A DNA stretch of 64,000 nt from a bacterium (GCA_963662285.2 CAXXMV010000008.1:544001-608000); one strand, 5' to 3'; positions 1 through 10,812 are shown, counted from the first letter of the stretch. Translations and numbers: made by a program. Notes: generated by a model from the sequence alone, not told the origin.

Positions 1-758
1 GCGACGCCCCAGATATTGCCGCCTAAAAAAACCTGATTCAAAAAAAATTCTAATATTTCATCCTTAGTGAAGCGTTTTTCAATCTTCAGGGCCAGAATAA
101 TTTCATAGATTTTCTGTTTAAATGATTTCAAATCCTCTTCGGAAAAATTATACCCTTCAGGAAGATGTTTGTTGGTGATAAGGTCTTCGGCCAGCTGGAT
201 GGTTATGGTGCTGCCCCCCTGCCTACGGTTCCAGTTTTTAATATCGTAATAGGCCGCCCGGATAAAACCTTTGGGACTTATACCGGGATGGCGGTAAAAA
301 TCAAAATCCTCCAAACCGAGTAAGGCATTGATTAAATTATCGGGAATTTCAGATAGTGGAACCAGTTTGCGGTTTTGTTGATCACTGAAAAAATCAGCAA
401 TTAATTTTTTTGACTCATCCCCGGAAAAAAGGCGTGACGGTCTGGAGGGATTATAATCCTCCAGATAGGGAATCTCGTTCAACTGATCCAGGTATTGATT
501 AAAAAGTCCAACTCCAATTCCAACCAACGCTCCTATAAAAATCATCATTACGCCAAGCGCCATAAAAAAGATGGAACGGAATCTATGGGATTTTTTTATT
601 TTATTCCGACCGGGATGCGACGAAGAATTTCGCCCATCTGAAGCAGATTTCCGGGCTGTACCAGAACGGGAGTCCACCTCTGGTACAGAAGCAACAGAAT
701 GCTGAGATGAAACTGGTTTACGGCTGGAAGATGAGTTGATAGCATCAATTCTTTTCAT
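1..758 (-). CDS. Class A penicillin-binding protein / GT51 transglycosylase, N-terminal part (runs off the window edge; absent from ORF track)
   Basis: Manual translation from ATG at 758 gives a cytoplasmic tail, one TM helix (IFFMALGVMMIFIGALVGIGVGLF), then GT51 motifs LEDFDFYRHPG, QGGSTITIQLA and KIYEIILALKIEKRFTKDEILEFFLN. Confidence 0.9.
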   Translation of the reverse strand, partial: MKRIDAINSSSSRKPVSSQHSVASVPEVDSRSGTARKSASDGRNSSSHPGRNKIKKSHRFRSIFFMALGVMMIFIGALVGIGVGLFNQYLDQLNEIPYLEDYNPSRPSRLFSGDESKKLIADFFSDQQNRKLVPLSEIPDNLINALLGLEDFDFYRHPGISPKGFIRAAYYDIKNWNRRQGGSTITIQLAEDLITNKHLPEGYNFSEEDLKSFKQKIYEIILALKIEKRFTKDEILEFFLNQVFLGGNIWGV

Positions 759-807
759 ACTAGTAATTATAGACCATATAATATAAATATTTATTAATAA
801 ATCAAAT

Positions 808-1773
808 TCATGTAATTTGAAGCAATACTTTACCCGCGCCGGGACGTGAAGCGCATTGCCACGCTTCTAATGCTTTATCGATAGGATAAGTTGCTTCAAT
901 AATTCTATCGAGCCACAGCACGTCTTTTTCCAGCAATGAAAGCGCTGGAGCGAATAATCCGCAACGCGATCCGACAACGGTGATTTCATCTATCACTATA
1001 GGCGTTAAGTCTAACGCATCTGACCGGGCCATAGTACTTTTCAGAACAATAGTCCCTCTTGGACGCGCCAAACGCATGGCCATTTCCAATCCGGATGATC
1101 TGCCGGTAGCTTCGACGACCACATCCCAGCTTTTATGCGATTTTTCAGGTAAATCTTTCTCTAAACAGGTTGAAATGCGATCACTTACGACAGCCAGGTT
1201 TTCTTCATGATGCCCCACCAGCAGGATTTCTCCCTCATGGCGGCATGCAAAGATCATCGCGGTCAAAAGCCCTAGTTTACCGTCGCCCAGAATACAAACG
1301 CGGCTGGAAGGAGTTATCAGAATTTGCTCAAAAATCTCTAAAACAGCCGCTATAGGTTCAGTAAAAACAGCCCACCGGTCAGGAACCGGGTTTGGAACCT
1401 TATAAAGATTGGCAATTGGCAAGGTCATCCATTCAGCCATACAGCCGTTACGGTTAAAAATCCCTAATACAGAACGGTGAAAACAATGCCTCTCCATCCC
1501 TTTGCGGCACCATTCACAATCTCCGCAACCAGCATTGATTTCTCCAACTACCCGCTCACCAGCCTTCCAATGGTCAATATTATGAGCGATCTCTCCAACG
1601 AATTCATGCCCTGGAATCCCTTCAAATCCCATATATCCCTTAGCCAATTCTAAATCAGTCCGGCAAATTCCTGCCATTCGTATGCGAATCAGAGCTTCAC
1701 CTTCGGGCAATACTGGTTTAGGATAGTCGTTAATAATTTCAATTTGATTTAATTTTAGAATAATTGTCTTCAT
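808..1773 (-). CDS. Zn-dependent alcohol dehydrogenase (MDR family)
   Basis: GICRTD, GHEFVG, structural Zn CGDCEWC...C, GDGKLG Rossmann motif. Confidence 0.9.
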   Translation of the reverse strand: MKTIILKLNQIEIINDYPKPVLPEGEALIRIRMAGICRTDLELAKGYMGFEGIPGHEFVGEIAHNIDHWKAGERVVGEINAGCGDCEWCRKGMERHCFHRSVLGIFNRNGCMAEWMTLPIANLYKVPNPVPDRWAVFTEPIAAVLEIFEQILITPSSRVCILGDGKLGLLTAMIFACRHEGEILLVGHHEENLAVVSDRISTCLEKDLPEKSHKSWDVVVEATGRSSGLEMAMRLARPRGTIVLKSTMARSDALDLTPIVIDEITVVGSRCGLFAPALSLLEKDVLWLDRIIEATYPIDKALEAWQCASRPGAGKVLLQIT

Positions 1774-1938
1774 GCTATTTCACTTTATCACTTACTTGAT
1801 AGAATCATATATTATAAACATATATGAATTATTGAGTTAATTATACTATATCGGTTAACAAAAGTTTATATGTATTAAATACGCTGGATTTTATAAGTAC
1901 AACTCGAGTTATTTCAAATATCCTTTTGCGGAGTATTT

Positions 1939-2271
1939 ATGTTGATAAGTTGGAACTATTTAAACTCGATTACTATCGTTTCTTTCGAAATGGATGAGTT
2001 GCGTGATCCTGAACCATTACGCAATATCGTTGCCTCGCATATTAAAGAGGGGCGCAAGGACTTTTTGATCAACCTTGAGAATGTGATCTATATCAGCAGT
2101 TCTGTATTGGGATTATTCATAACTTTTCACAAGGAACTTAAAGAAATTGACGGATGCGTCAAACTGGTCAACGCCCAGCCCAGCGTATCCAGTTTATTGG
2201 AAATGACCCGACTTGATAAAATTCTGGAATTATTCAACGATATAAAAATCGCTATTAAATCCTTTGAATGA
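1939..2271 (+). CDS. STAS-domain anti-sigma factor antagonist
   Basis: 110 aa with INLENVIYISSSVLG (phospho-Ser motif) and LLEMTRLD; GGAG RBS upstream. Confidence 0.85.
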   Translation: MLISWNYLNSITIVSFEMDELRDPEPLRNIVASHIKEGRKDFLINLENVIYISSSVLGLFITFHKELKEIDGCVKLVNAQPSVSSLLEMTRLDKILELFNDIKIAIKSFE

Positions 2272-2327
2272 TTTTTTGCCTCTTCTACACTATTAACCTA
2301 ATCCATTATAATAGCATAACAAAAGAA

Positions 2328-2355
2328 GAGGTCTTCATGTTTCCACGAAGACCTC
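2328..2355. terminator. Hairpin between convergent STAS and sigma genes (probable bidirectional terminator)
   Basis: GAGGTCTTC-N10-GAAGACCTC flanked by A-rich and T-rich runs. Confidence 0.55.
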
Positions 2356-2395
2356 GTCGTTATTTTTATTATTTTCAAGGTATTTATAGATTGCT

Positions 2396-3844
2396 CTAAT
2401 TAAGAAAATCTCTAATTTCTCTAGCGCGTATCGGATGACGCAATTTGCGGATAGCCCGCTGCTCGATTTGACGAACCCGTTCACGAGTGATGCCGAAACG
2501 TTTGCCAATGTCACCTAATTTCCATACTTTTCTGTCAGGCATCAATCCATAACGTAGACGTAAAATAGTCTCTTCACGCTCGGATAACTGGCCAAGAATA
2601 CCTTCAATGCGGTTGCTTAATACCTGTCCTGAAAATTCGGATTCTGCCGAAACAGAATTTACATCGGTAATCATTTCACCAATCGTCGTTTCCCGGTCGT
2701 CTCTAATAGGAGTTTCAAGAGAAAGCGGATCTTGTTGCCAACCCATCAGATCAGAGATTCTGTTCTCTTCCATATCCAGATGTCTGGCCAATTCACCCAC
2801 TGACGGTTCCCGCCCAAGATCATGGGTCAATTTAGTATTTGCGCGATCAACAATGGCAATTTCATCGGTGACTCCGGTTGGGAGGCGAATTGTACGCCGT
2901 TGTTGCTTAACCGCACGGGAAATGCTCTGCCGAATCCACCAGACAGAATATGTACTGAATTTTGTTCCGCGTTGATAATCGAATTTATCAACAGCTCGCG
3001 TCAGTCCCAAGTTGCCTTCTTGAATCAGGTCTAACATCGGAACTCCGCAATGTTTATATCTTTTGGCGACCGATACGACCAATCGCAAATTACCCCGGAT
3101 CATATCCTGCCGGGCCTGGCGAATCAATTCTGAACCTTTTTGCACTGATTCATGGCAAATATTAACTCGCTCGAAATCATCGCCATACTCTTCTATCAAT
3201 TGATCGTGTTCTTTGACCGGGGTTTCTTGATAACGGAAATATACAAAATTCAAGCGTTTAGCCATTACCCATAATACGCTTACATCAAGATCCATCTCAC
3301 AAAACAATTTGAACCATTTCTGATATCGGTTTTCAAGTTGTCTTTTACTTAATCCACCTTGATCCTCTTCATTGAATCCATTGTGGAACTGACGGATTTT
3401 ACGCTTCATCTCTACAATTTCTTTGGCCAATTCTGTTTTGCGTCGCGTTCTTCCAGCATCAGGATTCCGAAATGTGTTATGGGGAGCGCGAGTTCCTTTT
3501 TCCAAATCTGATACAATATCTTCTATCGCATTGATAACTGCTCGTGAACGTGATAATCCTTTAGCGAGAAGATACCGTCCATTTTCCATTTTCTCGTATA
3601 TCGACGATTCCTCTTCACGAGTCAGGAGAGAGTAGTGGCCAATCTCTCGTAAATACTCTTTGACAGGATTATAAGTATTACGTTCGGTGGTTCGTGAACG
3701 TCGGGCTTGATTGGATGATTTTGGATTACTCTTCTGCTGATCAACATCCACAGGCTTCTCTTCTAAAGCTACACCACCTGCATTATCAACAAAATCCATT
3801 AAGTCCACAGGATTATGCGTCTCGTTTAAGTTTACAGTATACAT
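2396..3844 (-). CDS. RpoD/SigA-like sigma-70 factor
   Basis: Region 1.2 ([11 protein letters not shown]), region 2 ([36 protein letters not shown]), region 4 ([18 protein letters not shown]). Confidence 0.92.
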   Translation of the reverse strand: MYTVNLNETHNPVDLMDFVDNAGGVALEEKPVDVDQQKSNPKSSNQARRSRTTERNTYNPVKEYLREIGHYSLLTREEESSIYEKMENGRYLLAKGLSRSRAVINAIEDIVSDLEKGTRAPHNTFRNPDAGRTRRKTELAKEIVEMKRKIRQFHNGFNEEDQGGLSKRQLENRYQKWFKLFCEMDLDVSVLWVMAKRLNFVYFRYQETPVKEHDQLIEEYGDDFERVNICHESVQKGSELIRQARQDMIRGNLRLVVSVAKRYKHCGVPMLDLIQEGNLGLTRAVDKFDYQRGTKFSTYSVWWIRQSISRAVKQQRRTIRLPTGVTDEIAIVDRANTKLTHDLGREPSVGELARHLDMEENRISDLMGWQQDPLSLETPIRDDRETTIGEMITDVNSVSAESEFSGQVLSNRIEGILGQLSEREETILRLRYGLMPDRKVWKLGDIGKRFGITRERVRQIEQRAIRKLRHPIRAREIRDFLN

Positions 3845-4313
3845 GATAGTCGCCTCGGGTTACCGGGATGATCATTCAGTTGATCTATTCAAAGAGCAAT
3901 TGGTATACCACTTTTTCTATTCATGATAATATGACAATATTTGTAAGGTTTAATTCACAAATAATTACCACAAAGCAATTTTTCACAATAATTCTGTTCC
4001 ATTTTGACACAATCAATTTAAAACTCGTCTCATTTCCTGGAAATTATCTCATTATTGTTCTTAAAAAAAATGAAGAACTTATATTGATAAATATAAATAT
4101 TTATCAATATTTATTAATTTAGTTTTAATTTTGATTATTTTTTGTATCATCATTTGTAACTATGTATCCGAAACGGTTACATATAGAGTGGCACATAGGG
4201 GGTTTGTATTATAGCCTTTTTAAAAAATAATGTTCTTCTGAAAACAAACATAATTCAGAGAAGCATATACAATCAATAGATTTTTCAATTCTAATAGAAT
4301 AATATAAGGATGA

Positions 4314-5912
4314 ATGAAGATGTGGAATATCACCAAATACGCTTGGTTTAAAAACGCTAAACCTATGTTAAATTTCAATATGATATGTATTAATAGATAT
4401 TATAACTTCATAAATTTAATTATTTTCCTCTGTTTTTTTAGTGGTTGCAGTTCTCCCTCTTCCAGAGACCTATTACAACTTGCTAAAGATGATTTGCTTA
4501 AACGAAATTGCATGCAAGTTCTCAAGCGTCTTGAAAAACCATTTAACCTCCATGACGATAACCAGAGTCGTTTGATAATACGCGCCATGGCTCTTGCCTG
4601 GATGGAGCAATATGAAGAAGCGGCAAAAGAACTCAATATTTTTATTAATAGTCTGCCTCCCCAAACACAGATTAAATATATATATCCACGTCATTTGGCC
4701 AACACTAAAGAGAGTCCCATTCGTGAAGAATTTGATAGGAAAACGTTTTCAGCAGATGACATGAGATATCTATGGCGAGTTTTGTGGCAGTATCGTATAG
4801 CGAATCGAGTAACAAATGAATGCAAAAGCGATATGGAAAAGACGACGGCGCTTCTAGATTTCGTTTATCGTCATACTCGTTTTGACACGGTTGAACAACA
4901 CCATATTAAATGCAAGCCGTTTCATACATTGATACTAGGACAGGGATTATGCGATGATCTTTCTTGGACGTTAAATATGTTATTACGATCCGTATCGGTG
5001 CCTACGCTTCGGCTTATTCTGCATAAAGATCCCAATAAGATAGAAAGTTCGCATACTCTAAGCGCAGTTAATATTGATAATCATTGGATTCCCGTTGATG
5101 CATCATACGGCATAATTGTTCAGGATCCGGAGAGCGCCGAACTGAATGGTATCCCAAAGTATTTCAAACTTAATCCATCCCAGGAATCTCTAGAAAAGTT
5201 AGACATGCCTTTGCCTGAGTGGGAACCGTATTTAAATGAACTCGAAAATTATGGAAAACTGAAAGAATTGAAAACTGATATTAGCAATTATCATCCATTT
5301 ATTGATTATGAAGGAGAAGCATGCATGCCTCGTTTTTTGATACTCGCCAATCGAACAAAGAGAATCTTCTCTCTTCCTACGCTTGGAAGTATTTATCCAT
5401 TCATAGTAATTCCCAAATTTGATCCAAAAAGTAGGGTGATTTCTAATTGGAGAGCTGTTAATATACAATATATTTTCAATTTAAGCAGGGAAATAAATGA
5501 AGCACAGCGTACCCTGGCGAAAATTTCATTCGGTCATTTAAAATTCCTCCAGCATGGACGAATGCTGCTCTTGGATGGGAAACCTGATCAAGCGGAAACT
5601 GAATTTCTTAAGATTCTCGATCTGAATAAAGATCTGCCGCCTGACGCGAAAATAGACCTGGATTATTATCTTGCTCTTTGCGCTTATGAAAAAGAAGATT
5701 ACGCCAAAGCTTACCGTGAGTATGAAGAATTTATCCAAAAACATCCACGATCAAGCTGGGTAAATCGAGTCCAATATCAGATGGCTTTAATTGCACATGC
5801 GCAGAATCGCGAAGATGATTGGAAATCACTAATCAATGAATGCAATCAAAATAATATGGGCGCCTTATTCCAATGGAGCGTTAAATATAAGATCGGCCCG
5901 ACCATCTATTAA
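4314..5912 (+). CDS. Putative lipoprotein with transglutaminase-like domain and TPR repeats (true start probably downstream of 4314)
   Basis: Lipobox-like FSGC; GQGLCDDLS...SHTL...WIPVDAS (Cys-His-Asp triad pattern); C-terminal TPR/BamD-like YYLALCAY...EFIQKHPRS. Confidence 0.65.
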   Translation: MKMWNITKYAWFKNAKPMLNFNMICINRYYNFINLIIFLCFFSGCSSPSSRDLLQLAKDDLLKRNCMQVLKRLEKPFNLHDDNQSRLIIRAMALAWMEQYEEAAKELNIFINSLPPQTQIKYIYPRHLANTKESPIREEFDRKTFSADDMRYLWRVLWQYRIANRVTNECKSDMEKTTALLDFVYRHTRFDTVEQHHIKCKPFHTLILGQGLCDDLSWTLNMLLRSVSVPTLRLILHKDPNKIESSHTLSAVNIDNHWIPVDASYGIIVQDPESAELNGIPKYFKLNPSQESLEKLDMPLPEWEPYLNELENYGKLKELKTDISNYHPFIDYEGEACMPRFLILANRTKRIFSLPTLGSIYPFIVIPKFDPKSRVISNWRAVNIQYIFNLSREINEAQRTLAKISFGHLKFLQHGRMLLLDGKPDQAETEFLKILDLNKDLPPDAKIDLDYYLALCAYEKEDYAKAYREYEEFIQKHPRSSWVNRVQYQMALIAHAQNREDDWKSLINECNQNNMGALFQWSVKYKIGPTIY

Positions 5913-5918
5913 TCTCTA

Positions 5919-6992
5919 TCAGGGCGTTAAAGCCAGATGGCAGTTGGCGCAAGTGGGGATTTCGTCGATCCGTCCACTGGCATGCAAGTCACGCAGTTTT
6001 TGATATTCCGGGCCAGTCCAGATTTCTTCAACCGACTTGCCGTGAATATTGCCCACCGTCAATGTTCGAGCGGAATCAACGCAACATACCGTCACCACGC
6101 CATCGGGATGCACAAACATACGCTGCCATAATTGAGGACAACAGAATTTCTTTTTATTATTATTCTCTGTTTCATCCTTAGCTGTATTGATCGAATCAGC
6201 TGATTTATCTTCGGCGCCGGCCTGGCTGTTGTGTTCAATATAATCGACCCATGCTACTGCATCGACAATTGGTTCGAAGAGTTGTTTGAAATCTTCCCAC
6301 TCCTGATCATTCTCTTTCATGCGCACCATTGAGATGCGGGTAAATGGTTTGTTGGTTCCCATTTCGTCGCGGATTTCATGGAAACGCTTGATGTTTCTAA
6401 GGACTTTATCGTAATTGGCGTTGACCCGGATTTTGTTGTAATGATCCCTATAGGGAGAATCAAAAGAAAAGAAGAGTTTATCCAAACCTGCTTCAATTAA
6501 CTTACGTGAACTTTTTTCGGTTAACAGGGTGGCGTTGGTATTGAACATTACATCTACCAAGCCTTTTTCTTTAGCGTAACGGATCATATCAATAAGTAGT
6601 GGATTCATCATTGGTTCGCCGAGATAATTGAATTTAAGCGAACAAAGTCCGTTTTCCGCCCCTTCATCTATCAAGCGCTTGAATAATATAAAGTTAGTGT
6701 TTTTAACTTCCCAGAATTTCCCGTCATTTAACATGTCGGTACGCGGGCACATGGTGCAACGCAGGTTGCAATTGGATGTGGCTTCGACATCAAGATGCAC
6801 CGGGAACTTGCCTACATGATGAGTTATGGGATTATTTTCCCATTTTTCACGGTATTCCCAGTACTCTGGAGGTAGACTCTCTTCCCATTGCTTGGTTTTA
6901 TCGCTTTTTATCTGATGATAATTATGATCAACTTTGGTTTCCACGTTCGGAGTTTGAGCAGCGTCTTGTTCTAAGGTATTTGAATCTGTCAT
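5919..6992 (-). CDS. Radical SAM / SPASM domain protein
   Basis: CNLRCTMC cluster motif, GEPMM, FNTNA, SPASM CPQLW...CC...CANC; start placed at ATG 6992 behind GAGGAAAG. Confidence 0.9.
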   Translation of the reverse strand: MTDSNTLEQDAAQTPNVETKVDHNYHQIKSDKTKQWEESLPPEYWEYREKWENNPITHHVGKFPVHLDVEATSNCNLRCTMCPRTDMLNDGKFWEVKNTNFILFKRLIDEGAENGLCSLKFNYLGEPMMNPLLIDMIRYAKEKGLVDVMFNTNATLLTEKSSRKLIEAGLDKLFFSFDSPYRDHYNKIRVNANYDKVLRNIKRFHEIRDEMGTNKPFTRISMVRMKENDQEWEDFKQLFEPIVDAVAWVDYIEHNSQAGAEDKSADSINTAKDETENNNKKKFCCPQLWQRMFVHPDGVVTVCCVDSARTLTVGNIHGKSVEEIWTGPEYQKLRDLHASGRIDEIPTCANCHLALTP

Positions 6993-7208
6993 TAACTTTC
7001 CTCGCAATCGTCTCATTTATTATGACTTGAATTATTAAGAATATTACTATCCAAGTGAGTTATAATTTTACTAGTATGGCTTTCATTAATATTATCGACT
7101 ACAACTATTGAACCTTTATTTTCGCCATAATAATGATGAAGCATTAAAGTCAGCACAGATTTCAAGTAAATTATTGTAAAATCTAAAAAATAACAATAAA
7201 CCACATAA

Positions 7209-8015
7209 ATGGAAGATATTATGACCTTAGCATTTTCAAGCAATAGTTCAGCAGAAACGCCGCCTCTGGTTCTAATTCATGCATTTCCTCTAAATAGAGA
7301 AATGTGGAAGCATCAGCTCAGTGGATTAGAAGATACGATACAGGTGATTGCTCCAGATATGCCGGGATTTGGAGAATCAGAACCACTTACCGAATCTCCC
7401 GGTATGAGCGCCTATGTCAGGTCATTATTATCATGGCTTGATGAGCAAGACATTAAGCAGGCGATTTTCGCCGGGTGTTCGATGGGGGGGTATATTCTTT
7501 TTGAACTGTGGCGCATAGCGCCTGAACGGGTAAAAGGTCTTATATTGTGCGATACGCGAGCTGAAGCGGATGCTCCTGAAATGCGCGAAAACCGTTTACT
7601 AACGATCCAACAGGTTCTTGAAGATGGTCCCATAGCGCTGGCGAACGCCATGCCGCCCAAACTGGTCAGTTCAGCAACGCTGAAAAAACAACCTGAATTG
7701 ATGGAGAAACTTAAGCAGGCTATTTTGAATAATCCAACCAAGGGAATAGCGAATGCCTTGCAAGCGCTGGCTGACCGACCTGATTCAACCAATGACCTGT
7801 CTTCAATTAACATACCGGTTCAGATACTTGTCGGCGAGGATGACCAATTGACTCCGCCCGACCTGGCTAAATCAATGCACGGGAAGATTCCCAATTCTCA
7901 CCTGGGAATTATTAAAGACGCCGGACATTTATCGCCATTGGAACAGCCGGAACAAGCCAATACTATTATTCGTACTTTCCTGTTGGAATCGGGTTTGATT
8001 TTGGGGGACGAGTGA
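7209..8015 (+). CDS. Alpha/beta fold hydrolase
   Basis: HAFP, PDMPGFG, nucleophile elbow GCSMGG, GEDD, AGHL. Confidence 0.9.
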   Translation: MEDIMTLAFSSNSSAETPPLVLIHAFPLNREMWKHQLSGLEDTIQVIAPDMPGFGESEPLTESPGMSAYVRSLLSWLDEQDIKQAIFAGCSMGGYILFELWRIAPERVKGLILCDTRAEADAPEMRENRLLTIQQVLEDGPIALANAMPPKLVSSATLKKQPELMEKLKQAILNNPTKGIANALQALADRPDSTNDLSSINIPVQILVGEDDQLTPPDLAKSMHGKIPNSHLGIIKDAGHLSPLEQPEQANTIIRTFLLESGLILGDE

Positions 8016-8111
8016 ATTTGAGATGGCGAATTATCCATTAGTTAAAAGAGGAAAGGGGGAACGAAGCAAAAGCCTCATCCCCCCTAAAAGACCAATTTTA
8101 TCATCTAAGTA

Positions 8112-8885
8112 TTAAAACAGAGACCAATCCGAAACTGAGGTCGTTTCGGGTCCGTAAACGAGAAAATTATCGATAATCATCGTATTGCCTAGCGTCCCGG
8201 CGACAGCGTTATCCCAAATGACCAGAGCATTTATACCATCAGTTTCCTCGGTTGGGAGACGTCGGTAACCATATTCCTCGGCGATCATTGTTTCCTCAGC
8301 ATCACCTTCTTTTTGGAAATAGACATCGAATATCCATTCTACAGGATTGATTTCCATACGAATATGAATATTCTTGCCATCCTGGTAATTCAATTCGGCG
8401 AGAGCCTTATACTCTCCTCCGCCTGCCCAATCTCCATCGCGAACATCAATCAGGCCCTCTGCATAGGTGCGAATCATGGTGCCCTGTTCGTTGTAATTGG
8501 GTACAGGATTACCATCAATCAACTCGAAATTAAGGCTGTCGCTGAGGCAGATGCCAACGTCCATAGTACCTGCGGCGTCACCGACGAACTTCCAGTCAAA
8601 AGAAACTGAAAAATTTTCTTGCAGGGTTGGAATCTCCAAAGTGACCCACCGACCTCCGGCGCTGACATCGCTGATAACGAGTTGCTCGTTTTCAATGACA
8701 ATGTCATCAGTCAAAACATTTGGATTAGCGTTGATCCACTGAGCAGTTGCACCTGCTGGTTGCCCGACTACCGGACCATTCACATAACCTTCCGCCGCAG
8801 AAAAGTCAGCGGAATAATACACCTGAGCTTGAACGCCTGTTGCGCCAAGCAATAAAGCAATTACTACTACAAAGACTTTCTTCAT
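8112..8885 (-). CDS. Secreted hypothetical protein (probable beta-sandwich/lectin-like) ending in SVSDWSLF
   Basis: Signal peptide MKKVFVVVIALLLGATGVQA; GGAGG RBS; acidic, beta-rich sequence. Confidence 0.7.
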   Translation of the reverse strand: MKKVFVVVIALLLGATGVQAQVYYSADFSAAEGYVNGPVVGQPAGATAQWINANPNVLTDDIVIENEQLVISDVSAGGRWVTLEIPTLQENFSVSFDWKFVGDAAGTMDVGICLSDSLNFELIDGNPVPNYNEQGTMIRTYAEGLIDVRDGDWAGGGEYKALAELNYQDGKNIHIRMEINPVEWIFDVYFQKEGDAEETMIAEEYGYRRLPTEETDGINALVIWDNAVAGTLGNTMIIDNFLVYGPETTSVSDWSLF

Positions 8886-8991
8886 TGATTAACCTCCAAA
8901 ATATAAATATAAAACACAGAGATAACATATATCTCTATATTCCATAATAATGCAAAAGTTAACGTTAATGCAATGCTTAGGTAATGTAATT

Positions 8992-9984
8992 TTAGATATT
9001 TCCTATAGTAAAAGCGTCGCGTGGATTGTTGATTAACAGTTGATTTATCTCATTTTGCGAGAAGCCGCTGTTTTTTAGAGCGGGTATAAAGGTTGTGAAT
9101 ATTGTATCATAGGAGCCATTCATTTCGCCTTTTAACCAATATGCGTCATGCGATATGAGTACTCGATTAAGATAGCCCGCCTGTTTCATGGATATAACTT
9201 TTTGCAGATTTTCGGCAATGTTATTTGCTCTGATAGCGTCGATGGATATCCATGCTCCCATGGCGGCCGCTTTGATGCGCGACTCCAATTTCCAATCACC
9301 ATGAGAATGAACCAGGATAAATGATTTGGGATTGGCGCCTTGTTGAATAATGAGTTCTAACATCGCCATTCCAGAGATTGAATCTCCTTTATGGGCGGCG
9401 ATAGTTAACCCAGTCGCTTTAGATGTTTTTGCAGCGGCTTCCCCTATCTTACGGGCGATTGGTTTGAGCGGCCCTGCATCAATACCGATTTTGATGAATC
9501 CCGGTCGTATTCCTGTTCCATCGATTCCGTCGTTCCATTCCTTTATCCATCGTGCGGCAATTTGATCTGAGGTTTCCTGGTAGGCGCTTTGGGGGATGAA
9601 TTTCTCTTTCATGGCAGCGTAATACCCGGTGTTAGTGAGGATGTGCAAACCGGTTGCTTGAGAAAAACGGCGCAGCAACATCGGATCGCGTCCAATGTAG
9701 GCCGGGGTGCATTCAACTAATGTCTGGCACCCCAGACCTTTAAGTTGCTGAAGATGCGGTAATATAAGTTTAAAGGTATCTTCAGGATTGGCGCGATCAG
9801 GATTCTCTACTCCAGCGCCTGTGAAATCGCATAAAGCATGTTCGTGGGACAGGGTGAGGCCCATTTTTTCCGGAGAAATGGCGCCGTTGACGGTCATTAT
9901 GACGCCGTTTTGAGCGAATGAAGATTGAGCGCTCATACCTAAAAGCAGGGCGCCGCTTGATTTTATAAATATTCTTCGTTTCAT
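8992..9984 (-). CDS. Phosphotriesterase-family amidohydrolase, Tat-exported
   Basis: KRRIFIK Tat motif; TLSHEH, GFIKIG, AAH, LVH, ISHDA metal-ligand motifs. Confidence 0.85.
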   Translation of the reverse strand: MKRRIFIKSSGALLLGMSAQSSFAQNGVIMTVNGAISPEKMGLTLSHEHALCDFTGAGVENPDRANPEDTFKLILPHLQQLKGLGCQTLVECTPAYIGRDPMLLRRFSQATGLHILTNTGYYAAMKEKFIPQSAYQETSDQIAARWIKEWNDGIDGTGIRPGFIKIGIDAGPLKPIARKIGEAAAKTSKATGLTIAAHKGDSISGMAMLELIIQQGANPKSFILVHSHGDWKLESRIKAAAMGAWISIDAIRANNIAENLQKVISMKQAGYLNRVLISHDAYWLKGEMNGSYDTIFTTFIPALKNSGFSQNEINQLLINNPRDAFTIGNI

Positions 9985-9997
9985 GGTTTGTTCTCCA

Positions 9998-10786
9998 TTA
10001 TTTAATCAAAGACATGCTACGTAGAATGTTTTTGGTTATTTCCCGCGCCGCGCCTCCAGAAGCGCCTTTTTCCGCTTCTATGTTGGTTGCAAATATATAT
10101 GCATTATTATCGCGCGTTACATATCCGACAAACCAGCCCCAGGATGTCTTGTCGGGAACCATGCCCGATCCTGTTTTTCCCCTGAAGGTATATTCGTTGT
10201 TCTGTTCCAGTATCAGGATTTCCTTGGTGATATCAATGGAGCGCTTGGCAAACGGAAGATCGTTTTTATAGAAGCGTTTGAGAAATTCGATCTGTTCATG
10301 GGCGGATATCTTGAGTGAACCGCCCAGCCAGAATGTTGTTAGACCACTGGAAATATCCTGGTTGCCGTATTGCAATTTTTTGACGTATTCTGACATGCGC
10401 TTTTCGCCGACCTGCTCAGCCAGTTTTTGATAGTACCAGACTACTGAATGAGCGATAGCGCTTTTCAGGGTATGATCCTTGTTCCATGAATCCAACCAAC
10501 GCTTCTTTCCATCCCACTTATAAAGATGGTTTTGGTCGCTTATAACTCCGGTTTCCAAACCGATCATGGAGTTGGGGATTTTGAAAGTTGAGCAAGGTGA
10601 AAGGCGCACATCGCAGCGTTTTGGATTAAACCTTGTATAAGAATCATTATTAAGGTCATATAGAACATAGCATCCATCGTAACCTTTGAATATTGGAGCA
10701 AAATCAATATGTTCTTTTGCATAACAATGCGGGATAATGGCGGTGGATATCAGTAGGCAAGCGATGATGAGAATTTGTTTTTTCAT
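9998..10786 (-). CDS. blaOXA: Class D (OXA-type) beta-lactamase
   Basis: Signal peptide; STFK, SVV, YGN, FWL, KTG and GWFVG motifs in canonical order. Confidence 0.88.
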   Translation of the reverse strand: MKKQILIIACLLISTAIIPHCYAKEHIDFAPIFKGYDGCYVLYDLNNDSYTRFNPKRCDVRLSPCSTFKIPNSMIGLETGVISDQNHLYKWDGKKRWLDSWNKDHTLKSAIAHSVVWYYQKLAEQVGEKRMSEYVKKLQYGNQDISSGLTTFWLGGSLKISAHEQIEFLKRFYKNDLPFAKRSIDITKEILILEQNNEYTFRGKTGSGMVPDKTSWGWFVGYVTRDNNAYIFATNIEAEKGASGGAAREITKNILRSMSLIK

Positions 10787-10812
10787 TAAGTTCTATCCTT
10801 ATTATTCTTATA

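Noticed and set aside
3868-4122. 84-aa ORF between sigma and TPR genes (also 7013-7243, 26027-26236, 44898-45110)
   Set aside because: Very AT-rich divergent promoter regions, no RBS, I/F/N/L-biased composition typical of chance ORFs.
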